Assembly: GCA_011109175.1 (NCBI GenBank)
Contig: RDEW01000008.1
Span: 175,145 to 239,144, forward strand
From: Dicyema japonicum
Lineage: Eukaryota; Animalia; Dicyemida
DNA length: 64,000 bases
Reading direction: 5' to 3'
Positions 25,381 through 38,700 of the stretch are shown here, one piece after another. The position numbers and the translations under genes are program-made. The notes under the pieces are model-generated. The model ran no database searches. It was not told the DNA's origin and saw only the letters and a program-made list of their open reading frames with translations. Numbering within the stretch: the stretch's first letter is position 1; each line of letters starts with the position of its first letter.

Positions 25381-26439
25381 TTCACACAAAACATCTAGGT
25401 GACACTTTGTAGAAACACAATTTATTCTCCCATTGTGTATGCAGTGGCATTTTTTGCAAACGGTTGAATAGACGGTTTCAAATAATATGATTTCTTATAA
25501 CAAGACCACAATCTTCACGCTCGGCGCAGTCACTCCCGCTATATATAGAATTTGGAGTAAAATCCACTATTTCACCAACATCCCGATCTATATCCAATGG
25601 AAGAAGGGGATTCCTAAATAACTTTAGAATGCGAGTAAATGTTTTCTTCTGACCAGATATGATATCCTCCAAACAATCTTGTCCTATGATGGAGGCATCT
25701 GAGTTTCTCCACGAATGCTCAAAGGCATTGTATTCCTTTGACATTTTTTGTTTTTATACGGCTTTGTTTGCACACACATTTACATAACCGTGTTCAAAGT
25801 CATCAATGGGTTCTTCATTTGCGTTCCTATAGACTCCAGGGACATTTTTGTCAGAAAATCTGGTTCTCACAAAAGAAAATATGTTACTACGCGCTATTGA
25901 TTAAGGAGAGACAACCATGAGATCGCTGATTGAGAGGACATTTCCATACAAGTCATGGATTGCTTTACAATAATTTGGAAATTTAATAAATCTTTACAAA
26001 TAATGGTACCCGTCTTTTGCAAAAAATAGATATAAAATGATCCCTTGGAATTAAAATCTGCAAGTGTGATTTATAATTTAATAAAAGTGGACAATGGTCA
26101 CCATCCACTACTTCAGATTTGGCCAGAGCACAAGCTTCTCAGAGAACAGAAGTTGAAAGAGAACGTATGGCTAAAGAATCAATGTTCATTTACAGAAAGT
26201 GATTTAGATGAACATAGTGATTCTTTGGCTTTTCACAGAACTTGCGGAAACGCGCTCATTCCTTCGTATGAAAGACCTTACTGACGACATGAATCAAAAA
26301 GTTAATAATTAAACGAAAATTGTTAATTTTTAATTTCTCTAGCAAATTAAAAAACATTAATATATAATCCTTAATCCTTTGCGGCAATAATTCTGCCAGA
26401 CCCGAAATTGAAAGGACTTGGAAGATCATCTGCCTCAAA

Positions 26440-26680
26440 CTGTATAGAATGAAAAAATACTAATCCACTAGTGGGCAGTTCATTTTTGAACCAGTCGTTT
26501 TCGAAACATCAGGAGTCATTGGAAGGAGATCACTAACCTAACTGAAACACATTGAATCGTTTATCGTAAAGTGGAAAAGAATAAGAGATAAAGGAACAGG
26601 ATTATTAAATCCATTTCCCTACAAATCGTCAACGAAATGTGATTTCAATTCTGAGAGCGGCTAACAATGACTGGAAAAAA
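26440..26680 (+). mobile_element. CRE 3' fragment
   Basis: QFIFEPVVFETSGVIGRRSL is near-identical in kind to QYTFEPVAVETSGVIGSRSL at 28880-28945. Confidence 0.75.
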
Positions 26681-26829
26681 TATCCGTAAAGAGTTATCTA
26701 AATACATCATGCATCCATAGAGGCTTTTAAAAATTATGTACCCAAACATATTATGATATTTTGGCGATTTTATTATTAAGAACGTTCGATAAATAATAAT
26801 TTAACTTTTAATTCCCGTCGTTTCACTTT

Positions 26830-27110
26830 TAAGATACCAGAAGGAAGTTGCTAGGCACTATCTTAAAGTAAATTTGGAATATTTGGATACGAAGAAGGCA
26901 CAACTATCTCGGACTACGACTAAAATTTTATAAAACGATTACCCGATCCATTCTGTTATACAACTCGTGGACCTGGAGGAAAGTAAACAGGAGCTGGAAA
27001 ACTTAGCAGGTTTCATCAACGTCACCTTTCAAAATAAAATGTCCAAGGAAAATATAAATGAAAAATTATACAAAATAGGTAATACTAAATCAACAAGCCA
27101 TCAATAGTGA
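26830..27110 (+). mobile_element. degenerate RTE 3' fragment
   Basis: LGLRLKFYKTITRSILLYNSWTW matches the RTE block KLRIYKAFVIPVLTYNSGTW. Confidence 0.6.
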
Positions 27111-27356
27111 CGTCACAGAAATAGAATGTAAGCCGTATATCACGAATAACTAGGCATTGAGTCGTTGATTAAAAAATTGATGAGTTTTAATGATTTCTGA
27201 AAATAATATATTGACAAATCGTATAAATATAGTGTTTGTATTTGAAGATCTTATTACAACAAATTCCGATGATTCTATATTTGTAATGTTCATGATAAAT
27301 ATTCAGGATTTGTAGTATTATCGTTGATGAAATGAAATGAATGCATTTAAAAAAAA

Positions 27357-27428
27357 TCCGCGTTGGTCTAGTGGTTAAGATTTCGGATTTTCATTTCGGA
27401 TACCCGGGTTCGATTCCCGGACGCGGAA
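27357..27428 (+). tRNA. trnE: tRNA-Glu (TTC)
   Basis: Acceptor stem TCCGCGT/ACGCGGA, D loop with TAGTGG, anticodon loop TTTTCAT, T arm CCGGG-TTCGATT-CCCGG. A T-run terminator follows immediately downstream. Confidence 0.95.
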
Positions 27429-27742
27429 TTTTTTTAAATCAAATTTCAATTATATTAACTCTTGAGGAGCCGCACTTAATTTAAGATATGTTAAGTTAGT
27501 CATTGAATAATTGTGATTTAACTTTAACGTGATAATAAAAATTTTGTGTTATAGAACGAAGAAACTTTATAAAGGAGGAAACAGTTATTACATATGATTA
27601 TATGTTGAGAGTACGAATACACAAATTGGAATTAGTTATTTTAATATAAAATATTTAAAGCTAAAGGACAGACTCTTTTTTACAGCTGAGTCGGACTACT
27701 TGCCAACTGCATGATAAATTAAATCGATACAATCTCCGGATT

Positions 27743-28060
27743 GGCTTAGTGGTTAGGTGTCGGGCTTAAGTGGCTTAGGCTACGGGTTCGAATCTCGCTG
27801 CTGTTCACCTGGTGGAAGGTTCCACGCATCTACGATGCAGAAATGGTTTGACGAGTGACGCCGTCATCAGTGAATACTCACTGCGGAACTGGATTGTCTA
27901 GAAAAGACACTCACACAAGAAAAAGAAAAAAAAGAAGTGAAGATCATTCCTTGGTTCTACGATTAGTTAAAATTAACTGTTCTTTACTTAAATAAAGTGT
28001 GTGTCCTGCCTATGCGGAGCTATAAAATACTATGGCTCTCGTGAAAAGGCTTTAAAAAAA
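27743..28060 (+). mobile_element. full-length tRNA-derived SINE with 12-bp TSD AATCTCCGGATT
   Basis: TSD at 27731-27742 and 28061-28072. A box TGGCTTAGTGG, B box GGTTCGAATCT, 3' hairpin GAGCTATA/TATGGCTC and an A tail. Confidence 0.92.
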
Positions 28061-28249
28061 AATCTCCGGATTATAGAAATGCAAAAAATATAATAAACGA
28101 TAAAATGACTATTCTAAGACACTCACCATGCGATTATAAGGTTACCTCTGAGTTTTTGAGTCCTTAGTAGGCTATTTACATTATAGTGGAGGGTCTATGA
28201 AATTACCTGCTACACTCACAACAGATTAAAGTTACACCAATGCCAATGT

Positions 28250-29130
28250 TCTGGGAGCGTGATCAGATTGTTTAATTTTAATAAATAAAAAAGATTGTTT
28301 AATTTTAATAACAAACAACGAGACTGGAACGAACTTGTATGTTCGAGGACCATCGATGAGCTATAACCACAACTCGACCAGCATCGTCTGGCTTGTCTGG
28401 CTACCGCATCAACAAACGTAAGTGGTGCATGGCTCAAAGCATTCCCGTGCATTTCACTCGGAACTTTTCTGGACGATGACTCCACGAGGATTTGGGTTTG
28501 CGTCCGCCTCGGAATCGATGTTTGCGCAATCCATCGCTGTAGATGTGGAGGAATAGTCGACGCAAAAGGACTCCACGCACTTTCCTGCAGAAGGAGCGCT
28601 GAAGGAGCCTGAGACATAGTGCAATCAACAAGGTTATTGCGTGGGGACTAGAAGCTGCCGGATTCCCTGTCCAGATGGAGCCCCTAGGACTTGCCACGGC
28701 AAACAGAAGGCCGGAAGGAGCGACTCTGTTCCCGTGGGATGCTGGGAAGTACCTGGCATGGGATGTCACCTGCGTAGATAGCTTCTCCCCTTCCAATATT
28801 ACAATGAGTGCGACAAATCCAGGCTCAGCTGCAGAGAAAGCAGAAATACTTAAAGCAAAGAAGTACACATGCCTCGGCGAGCAGTACACATTTGAACCAG
28901 TCGCAGTCGAAACTTCGGGAGTCATAGGAAGCAGGTCGTTAGCCCTGCTCAACAAAATTGGATCGTTAGTCGCTAAAAGGAGAAAGATGTAAGAGAGAAT
29001 GGCTGGCTCATTGAGCGCATCTCCTTACAAATCGTAAGGGGAAATGCGCTCTCAATCCTGAGAGCAGCCAGTAGCCTTTAAATATTTGGTTTATTCTTCA
29101 ATAAATTGTTATTGTTTAATAAAAAAATAA
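28250..29130 (+). mobile_element. CRE-clade 3' fragment (CCHC and RLE)
   Basis: AWLKAFP, HRCRCGGIVDAKGLHALSC, RPEGATLFPWDAGKYLAWDVTC, VETSGVIG, then an A-rich tail. Confidence 0.9.
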
Positions 29131-30342
29131 ATAAAAAATATCGTAAAATAATAAGGTAATCAAAGTAGACTAAGGGTTCTCCCAATTTCTCGAAAGCATT
29201 TTCTGGAAGAGCTAATTTTAATTTTGGACTCTCCTCTCTTGTTCACCTATAACCTACTCCCAATTTAAATCCAATAATAATTAATCGATTGATTGCTTTA
29301 TTAGTTTTGATTAAGTTTATTCTTAAAGATTTGAAAAATGCATAATTCGTGATTATTTGAAAATTTTGTATTTTTAATGATAAAAATTTAAATGAATTTT
29401 ATTTCCCATAAACAAATTTTGTTGTTAATTTAAATTTAAAAATTTTATTTGGTTAACCTATAAGTAAATAAAATTAAAGTGCAATTGGCGGCAAATATAT
29501 TTTTAACGATGACTGGTTTATTTTTTTAATTTTGTATTTTTGTTGTAATTTACCTGAAATTACCAATTAATGGAAATCAATCCAACATAGTCAAATTTAA
29601 CCACAAATTTCTGAAATGTCACGTTTTCGGTGATAAACACAAATTAATTCATAAAATGCGTGTTTCGATTTTTATTATCGAATTTATTAAACATCCAACT
29701 ATAAACTCTTAATTATATCCCTCACATATACATTCTAGTTATTCGTTGAAAGACGTCGAAATTCTCGGAATATAAGTACATGTTCCCCATCTGATCACCT
29801 GGTGGAACTGGTGACTCAGTTTGGTGCAGATTTGCCAATTGATCCGAGCGTAGGAAAGGAAAAAATGAGAAGTCGATGACTTTTTTCCATATGGACGAGG
29901 TCTTGCAGAAGGGAATTATCCAGTTAGACCGACTAGTACTGAGCGAAGTAATTCCGGTTGACTTACTTGTGGAAACAAAAAGAGGTACTACTCGAATTAC
30001 GGGGTACCCTAAAGACCAGAGAGAACAATGAGAGCAATTGCGAGAGTTGAGACCACCTAGACGATTTGCGTTCCCCCAGATATAATAAAGCCACTAGCAT
30101 GCCCCTGTAAGATACCTTCTGCATATTGAGAATCTTAAAGAACATTGTACATATTTAGGATGTCTCCTAAGACTATTAGTGAGTTTGGAAGACAAAGATC
30201 AAGAAAATAAGAAATCCAGTTTCTCACGAATAGATTCTTTACCACGTGAGAGAACTTGAAATTATATTTATGTTGTTGCTAATAACAGTATGCTTTCTAG
30301 GTTTTTGAAATGTCGCTTGTCAATAAATGAGTTACCCCCCAA

Positions 30343-30411
30343 ATATCACTTGACAGGATTTTGGTAAGCCTGCTTCGCTATCGGCTCCCCTACCAAAATC
30401 CAGTAAGATAT
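30343..30411. ncRNA. isolated pre-miRNA-sized hairpin (unidentified)
   Basis: Perfect 11-bp stem GGATTTTGGTA (30356-30366)/TACCAAAATCC (30391-30401), inner AGCC/GGCT stem, and imperfect outer pairing. Confidence 0.3.
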
Positions 30412-30860
30412 CAACCTAATTAACGCTGTAGCATGAAATTGTCTTAAACGAGTTTAAAAAATGAACTTTAGCTTCAAATAAGTTTCAACATTAGCCATGA
30501 ACTGGAAATGTTACACAAAGCGTTACGCTGACTTACAATATTATTAGTTCTTCAAAAACAGTCAAAACTAGTCAATCCGAGGGGAACGTCTTATGTCTAC
30601 CAAATCAATCCCAATAGTCAATTACAGGCTTCCACTACCGAAGATAGGTGGAGAAGTAGGTCCACCTTCTTCCATTTGCATCACACGTCGTCGCACATCA
30701 CTTCATCCTTCGGAGGAAGAGTTTTCACAGTGTAATCTTCACCAGTGGAGTTGTTAATTATAATTCTTAAATTGTAGCAAAATTTTAAATTTATCAAATT
30801 TTATTAAAAATATGATTAAATAAATTAAACAGAATAATATCCGTAAATAATAAATTAAAT

Positions 30861-32005
30861 CTATTCGATTTTTCGAATAGAGTCTCCATCAGGCCGACCT
30901 TTAAAGATTTGCGATATTGAATTAGATCTCCCCAAATTATTCTCTGGGTAAAATCCCGACGTCTCCCAACTGGTAATCTCGTCCTTTTTCCCTTCAAATT
31001 CTAACATTTACTACTTTTGCTGTCATTAAGGGAATTAGGGTTCTTCGATCTTCTCTTCCTGGTTTGCACGCATTCTTTTTTCAACGAAAGAGGTCGATTC
31101 GCCTGAATTCAGTAAATTTAGTACATTGTGGAGTTTCTTGTACAATCCACAAGCATTACAGACAGACTCCCCCGAACTGGTCCTTCGCCATAAGCTAGTT
31201 TGGTTAGTAGAACAGTTCGCACAGATCATGTTAGTCCTTTTAGTATTCTACTCATGTTTTAGCTCAGAAACCTTTCGTTTAGGCTGTCTGTTGATGTACT
31301 CGCTGTTTGTGGAGGATGTGAAGCTCTCTTCCAATCCGCATTGAGTGCATATGAAGCCTGTGTAATCCACGTTGTAGTTCAGTAGGACATCTCTGCACAC
31401 CGGGCACATTGAGTTTGACTTTGAACCTCTCTCGTACAATGAGCCTTTATAAGCTACCCCCATACCGTAGTTGGGGAGTGATTGATTCAGCCATGAGAAG
31501 TTAAGACCCGTATTTTGATCAAAATTTGAGATTCCTTGCCCGTATCTAAAATATTTACTAATTTTACCTTGCCGAGTCTCCAAATATGGGATTTGCTATT
31601 CGATTTGTGAAATTCTTGGGAAACGGAGTCCACAAATATTTTTCGTTAATGTCCTGAAACTGGGGGATATTCCGATCTTGTTCATTCCTGACCCCAGTGA
31701 ATGAGGACCACTTATTGTAAATGTACAGTGTACCCTGTTGTCGAAATACTGAATTCCAGGATAGTTCAAATCGTTGTCTGAAAATAAAATCCAAAAATAC
31801 AAGAGCTAGAGAAGGTTGGGTTAAAAGTCGGGACTTCTTGGTAGAAGTGCTGGGAGGGAAAGTTTTTGGGTAAATTTTCCTGTTTGATTTCTTCCTTAAA
31901 CTCACTGCAGGACTCATTCTGATTCGAGAGCATGTTGTCCGAATTGGTGAAATACTGCCAATAGTTGTAATCGTTGAGAGATTGGTTTGAGTCGCCTTGG
32001 TTCAT
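30861..32005 (-). CDS. GATA: GATA zinc-finger transcription factor; canonical C-finger, degenerate N-finger; 5 tiny introns plus a probable sixth (without it the stop is at 31001)
   Basis: Introns 31778-31800, 31711-31733, 31546-31567, 31248-31271 and 31103-31124 join the ORF-track fragments into one frame. C-finger reads [33 protein letters not shown]|[18 protein letters not shown]. Confidence 0.93.
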
Positions 32006-33329
32006 CTGAAGCAGTGAGCATTATAAAGATATGGCAAATAATCGCAAGCACTGATATATATGATTATATGCTAATCTACTCAAAATATCTCCATTATAGC
32101 CTGATATGTAATCTTACAGGATTGTGTTATCTGTTTATCGACGTTCCCCGGCTTTTAAAGTTACTCGATAATTCGCTCTTTCTTATCTCAAAACCTCTCT
32201 CAGCCGAACAGAAAACAACCTGCACTCAAATTTTTTGGATTTCTCGATATTTCCCGCTTAAAATTAAGGTTTTTTGTTATTTCTCAAAATCCTCGTTTTT
32301 AACAGGAAAATTGGGACATTTTGTCAATTTCCTCAAATGGGATTTCTAATTGAAATATTTATTTTCTTTATCGCTGTATTAATGGAAGTGCTAAATGATA
32401 AGACGACCGCACTTGATAAGGAAATTGTTTCCAAACCATCATTTCTGATATACAGCAAATAAGGCATGGAAGTTTGCTTTACGGACTAATCTTCTGTCCA
32501 CGAACAAACTGAAAGTCATCTCTGACTAATGAGCTGATGGATTTCTCATAGAAGCCGGTCATTGAAGGGAAACGATTTTCCGTCATTTGTAATAAAAATC
32601 TGATTCTATTTGAGCTATAAAGACTCTTCCTTGGATAACTCGGGAAATCTGCAAAATAGAGGATTGGATAGCTAGTCATGTCACGTGACTCCATTTTAGT
32701 GGTGACCATTACTGAGAAGTATGGGGACATCAAACTGAAATTTAAAAAGTGAAGTGATTTTACTGGTTGATGAGTGCCTTGAGTAACCCAAATGTCGGAT
32801 ATTTAGACGTTTGATAGTCACATTAGACTTAATGATGGCGAATGGGCATCTAATTTGTCTATAAATTCCCGCTTTAATATCAGTCTAATTGTAAATTGGT
32901 TTCACGGTTATGCGAGAATCTAGAAGACATTGCGGTAGAACAGGCTGGATTTTCTAAATCCTTACAAATTTACGACAGATAATATTAAAAGTTAGATGAT
33001 TGTCCATAATACGTTTCCCTGTCCGGAATGTGAGACATTGAGAGGTCCCAGTCACCCTGCCAGGCACAGGTATAGCCTATATTGGCTTAGCTTGTGTATT
33101 TGGTTGAGTAAAAGTGCCTACAGCCTAGTATGAGTGCACTATTGAGATTATTACCCTGTACTATTAATTTGAGAGTAATAAGCGAATCAGTCTGTCTGTG
33201 GCATATGATCTTACTTATTAAATTCATGCTTATCAAAAGTTGGTAGACAGAATTACTTAGCATACTAGACGATATGCTTCCTTGTATATGTTTTCATTCT
33301 TAAGGTTCTACAAGGTTGCGCAGTTTAAC

Positions 33330-33520
33330 GAGACCCGGGCAAAAGGCGGTGCTTAGTTTGAATCTCACTTCTGTACATTCCGACTGAAGATTCCACGCAT
33401 CTACGATGCTTTGACTTGACCAGGCGGATAATTGGTCGCAAGTTAAGGTGAGACTTTCTCTATTGTGCAGAATGTCTAGTTAGCCGCATGGTGGATGAAA
33501 GTCTTCGTCTTCTATCTTCC
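33330..33520 (+). mobile_element. degenerate SINE copy
   Basis: TTTGAATCTC...GATTCCACGCATCTACGATGC matches the SINE core at 27785-27840. Confidence 0.55.
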
Positions 33521-35729
33521 AGTTACATAGAGAGATGACAAACTCAGGAGACAGTAAAACTTGAAATTTTAAACGAAGGAAGCGTCGATTCCATGTAGGA
33601 TCCAGGCTCGAATCTTAGGCTAACTGCTGAGTTACTTTTAAAAATAAAAATCTATAAATTGATCAGAAAATTATTTTTTATATAAAAACTTTAATTTTGA
33701 TTATAAATAAATTTTATTATTTAAACAAACAAGATTAATGCTTGCGTGGTGTCATGTTGTTTTTATATTTGTAAAAGAAGTGTGCACTATAAGCCAGCTA
33801 TAAAATTATAAACATATTTCAATAGATTATAGCTTACGCTTTGTTTCCGGCAAAAAACCAATATATGCCTTTCGTCATCAAAAATAAAGAATTTTGAAGA
33901 TTTTTAAGGTTAACTTTAACTTTTGTCTATAGGGTGACCAATCTCTATTATTTTGATACCTCTGATAACTTCACATATGAATAAACCCTACTCGTCTACT
34001 GTGAGTAAAGAGGCCCAAAGAGATTGGACTTAGAGAAATTCAAGACAATTGGGATTACTGATTACAGGTGACGAAGACTTAAGGAAACAAAGAGATTATC
34101 CATATTCGTCTTCAAAAACTCAAACACCTCTGGTCAAGCAAGAGACTAATCTATTATGCATGATTCCACAACACGTCTGAAATTCTATGATGCATTTATA
34201 ATCTCAAAATATAATGTTAATACATGGGAACTATTGCTTTCCTCAAAAACAATTTCGTGAGGTCATCGGTGGTCAATATTTGAAAAGAGTCTATAACTGA
34301 AGTATTTTTTACAAGATCAGAAGATTATCTGGGACAATCATCGAAGATAGTTGTAAACTCGTTGTACATGTTCTACGCCTACACTCTGTGCTGGACAGGT
34401 GAAAGGACCCAAACTCAGATCCATAACAGAAGCTATAAGGTTCTGAGCGGATTTGCGATAGGTTCTTATGGAATCTCAATTGGAATATTCAATATTTTAA
34501 AGAATATAATTTTTTGTTTTCTTGTGCTGTTACTGCTTACAGACCTAACAAATTTCCGATGACTAACAATCATGCAGGGACTATTGAAAATGAGCTAAAC
34601 TACTGCTTCTCGATTTGTTTGACTGAATAATTTTTAAATATTACAACTGACGCATTATTACTTTTATAACATATAATATCAAATATTTTACAAGTTTTGG
34701 ATGATTTATGCTCCAAATTTATAATCCAACTTCAAAATGATAATTAACTCAATTTCTCTATTCAATGGTTTTTATTAATCAACCTTTTACTATGTGAGCG
34801 ATTTCATATGAATTACATTCGTATTTACGGGGGATGCTTAAAAATTGACCATGATACTCTTATATATCAATATAACTCAAATATTACATAAATTGTATAT
34901 CCAACATAGTTTATCGCCCAGTATTTCAGTTTAATTTCGAATCATGTATACATTGATATCTGCTCCATTGTAATGTTTGCCTAACATTTAATAAATCAGT
35001 TAACATCACTCGAATATTAAAGAATGATTCTATTATGGACTATAATGTTGTGATTTTGAGTAAAAAGTACGGAGTAATATCTACACTTCCAATAATTCAC
35101 ATTGGTTTTAATCCTTAATGCACCAGACTTTTTTTAAATTGACTACCACGTGGATTTAATCTCTAAGAGTGTTTAAATTGGTAAATTGTATTTTACTAAT
35201 AACTTTAACTGTCTATGGTGTGGTACCATGTGGTCCACGTGTCTAAGGTTGTGCTGCTTTCTGCTTCAACCACTCGAAAATCAAGTTTGTCGAGTATTTT
35301 TTCCTCAGAACAAAGAAGTGATATCGGCTTGCAAGACGACGGGAGGTCATTGAGTCTTACAAATTTCAGAATTGATTTTATATCTGGGAATCCGAGACGG
35401 TATTTGTATGATTATAACTTAATGTTTAGTTTAAAATTAAAAAAATTTATAAATTAATAAATTTAAATGTATGCATGGTTGGATACGCAGGACGTGGAGT
35501 TTAATATATCAAATTAGAATGAAAGCTGAATGAACTAAAGTGGGATCTTGAGAGAGCAGAATATAATGTTATATGATAAATATATGTTTAGGCAAAAATA
35601 GCTTATTTGAACGATTTATTGTAAAGGACAAAAAGTTAATCCGAGAATTTCTCATTCGTATTAAAATTCCTGAAAATGCTTTGATTTCTGCTAATAATTG
35701 AGACCGGCATTGTTCGAACGTAATTTTAT

Positions 35730-38700
35730 TTACTTTTATAGGAAATATGATTGATAACACTGATACTTCTAAATGAGGGATGGAAGAGATTTACTTAAGG
35801 GTCTTAGTTTTCATTATATGTAGAGGTTATCGGAGTTGATGACTTTAGGGTTGACTTACGGGATTCTCTTGTCCGTTTAAAATTAGGCCTTCAACGGCAT
35901 AAAGAGCATGCTGAGAACAATATTGACAGGATTGAAGAAAATACGAAAATTGATAATCTTTTCAAAAGAAAATGCACCAAATGAAACAGAAATTGATGAT
36001 AAATTCATATTCAGTCCTAATTCCCAGTATTCACATCATCATGTTAATGAACATACTCTGCCGTTAAGCCAAAAGCTTGATGAATCAAAAAGAATGAAAG
36101 AAAGATCAACAACATGTTACGAATTAGGTACTAATAAGTCTGCCTGTTAGGCCTAGACTCTTCATCCCAGTACCCTTTTTCTGACAATCCATCCTATGTC
36201 TATTTACTTTGACGTCCTGATTCGGATGTCCTCCTTGATCGGCCTGACAAGTTTGTTCTCTTCCTCCGTCAGGGCTTCATGTAATTTCTTACCGAGGGCT
36301 AGTTTTATCGCCGTCTTCTCTCCAGTCGGCGAGAATCCTTTCTCTCGAGGGGGTGTAGAACCATCCCTCGCTTCCGTAGATCAGTCTGGGAAGAATCACA
36401 TTCCGGAAGATAAAGAGCATGAATCGACGTCTAGCTTCAGTCTTTGGGTGCAGTAAGTGCCTGCAAAGGCTTTTTCTTCGCCTTCAATGTCCTTCATGTA
36501 TGATCCTCTTCATCGACTGAAATCCTTAGTATTCAATGACGAAACTCTCGTATATAGAGATGTAGGTTCCTCCTGATGTCTACCCGACTGCTTATCCTCA
36601 AATAACTGATTTTTCCGTCGAGAGTTTCATGCCTCTCTGATCGCATCAACCCCGGACTTCGTCAATAAAAACACCTAGTCGCCGCTCTGAGATGTATGCC
36701 CTCAAAGATGAATCCAGAATTAGAATGTCGTCCGCGTAAATCATTAGCTTGGTTCTGACGTTCTGCGGAGACGGAAAATCTTCCATAAATATGTTAAATA
36801 GCAAAGGGCTAAGAATACCACGTGGGATATCCTCCCAGATAGATAGTCTTTCACCCATAGGAACATTTCTCTGGTTATTTTAGACCGACCTAGTTGACGA
36901 AATAACGCCTCGTGCCATACACTGTCGAACAAATAAGGCTCAACTGGCTTTTCTTCTCCAGTGAATTTATAATTTCGTAGTTTAGTGAGTGGATACAATC
37001 TCTACATGATCTTCCCGGACGGAAACCAAATTGATTAGGTCGTAGAAAGTTGCTCCCCTCTATATACCGATTCAGTCTCTTAAATACAATACGTTCCATA
37101 ATCTTTGATGTAGAACATATGAGACTTATCGGCCTATAACTGTGTGGATCCTTCCTTGCTTTTCCTGGCTTGAGGATCATCTTAACAATAGATCGTTTCC
37201 ATAAGGGAGGCACGTGTCCGACCCTGAAACTCGAGTCGTACATCTCTCGTAGAACAGACAATAGTTCATCAGAACCTTCTTTGAACATAATCATAGGAAT
37301 GCCATCAAATCCTGAGGCCTTGCTCTTGTATTCACGAATTGCTGTTCTAACTTCTGCCATTGAGACTTTTTCTGTCAAACTACCCAGATCTTCCATAGAG
37401 TAATCCATGAAATTAGGCAACTCCTCTGAAAATTTTTGATTTATAACACTAATAGGATCGACACCCTGTATATTCTCTAGTTGACTTCGGAATACCGAAG
37501 GAACTTTTTCCAATGGGATTGTCCTTCCATTATGATCGGCTAGCTTAATGTTTTTCGCTTTTAAACCCCATTCGTTAGCCTCCTGTACATTTTCCAGAAA
37601 CAAGGGTTTTTCCAGTTAACCTTAGAAACTGCACTCTTCAATTTATTTTCGGCGTTTACTCTCCAAGCTTCTTGTAACATTGTTTGGATCAAATCAATTC
37701 TGTATTTCAAGATTTTCCTGTCCCACATATCAATACATCGTCTGTGCTTCGCTTTCAGAGTATTCCTCTCGCGAATAAGATCCCGTATTATAGGTGGCAA
37801 GAATCTTTGCTCTTCAGAAAGCTTTTCGAGTAAACCTTCCTTTAAATCCAATGTTCGCCTTTTATAGTTAACTTTAGCCTAATTTTCCCGCTAAAGCTAT
37901 TTAAATTTGTTATGGATTTGTTATCATTAACTAACTCATCTTCTGCCTGCTGGATCTATTGCTTTCCACCTGAAACCCTCTCTATTAGTTACTTGAACAG
38001 ATGACCACCTTGTTAGTCTCTGGTATGTGGATTTAGATAACGAAAGTTTGTTTTTGAATAACCAAGTAAACTCCTTGTCCCAAGTTTCACATACAATGGA
38101 AGTTTGTCCCACTTCTCTGCATTGTATTCACAGAGGATGGTTGTAACTTGTCGCAGGCATCTTAAATGGGAATGTTATATCTGGAATTGTGAACTTTGAT
38201 AATTTATATTATTCAGAATTAACAAAAATGTGAGAGTTGCACCGTTTGAATGCTGTGGAACATTTGCTGAATTCTAGTTTTGTGATGTCCCTGTCTGGTG
38301 ATGGTTGTATCAAGATGACCAATTGACAGCGTTAAGCCTTGATAAACCTTTCAGTTGATAGATGTTGCAATTGTGAATTCAAAGACAGAAGGACGGTTTT
38401 CGATGAGTGTGGCCGATGGAAAATTGGTGATTGGATAACACGTCGACTGTTGAAATAAGGTCAATGGATACGTTTGATGTTGTTTTTGAGTTGAAAATAT
38501 GTATTTTAATAATTTTAATTAAAAGGTTTTTCTAATAAATATTTTAAAAATATTTTTTTCTAAATAAAATATTTATTTAAAAAAATTAAAAAGTTTTTCT
38601 GTTTGTCATGTCATTTTACCAAATTGTATCTGTTTATGTTGTGACTTGTTTAGATGGGGTAGTTCGATTTTAACATGAATGGAGGTATTTATGTTTGACT

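Noticed and set aside
16560-29130. Site-specific targeting (for example spliced-leader genes) by the CRE elements
   Set aside because: The 3' flanks of the 16.6, 19.6 and 29.1 kb copies share no sequence, and no SL-RNA-like repeat is visible.
32010-32420. GATA autoregulatory sites upstream of the GATA gene
   Set aside because: WGATAR hexamers are expected by chance in DNA this AT-rich, and no clustering could be shown.
33880-35120. Additional spliced gene or third LAMP-like paralog
   Set aside because: A few intron-like segments exist, but every frame hits stops and no shared family motif was found.
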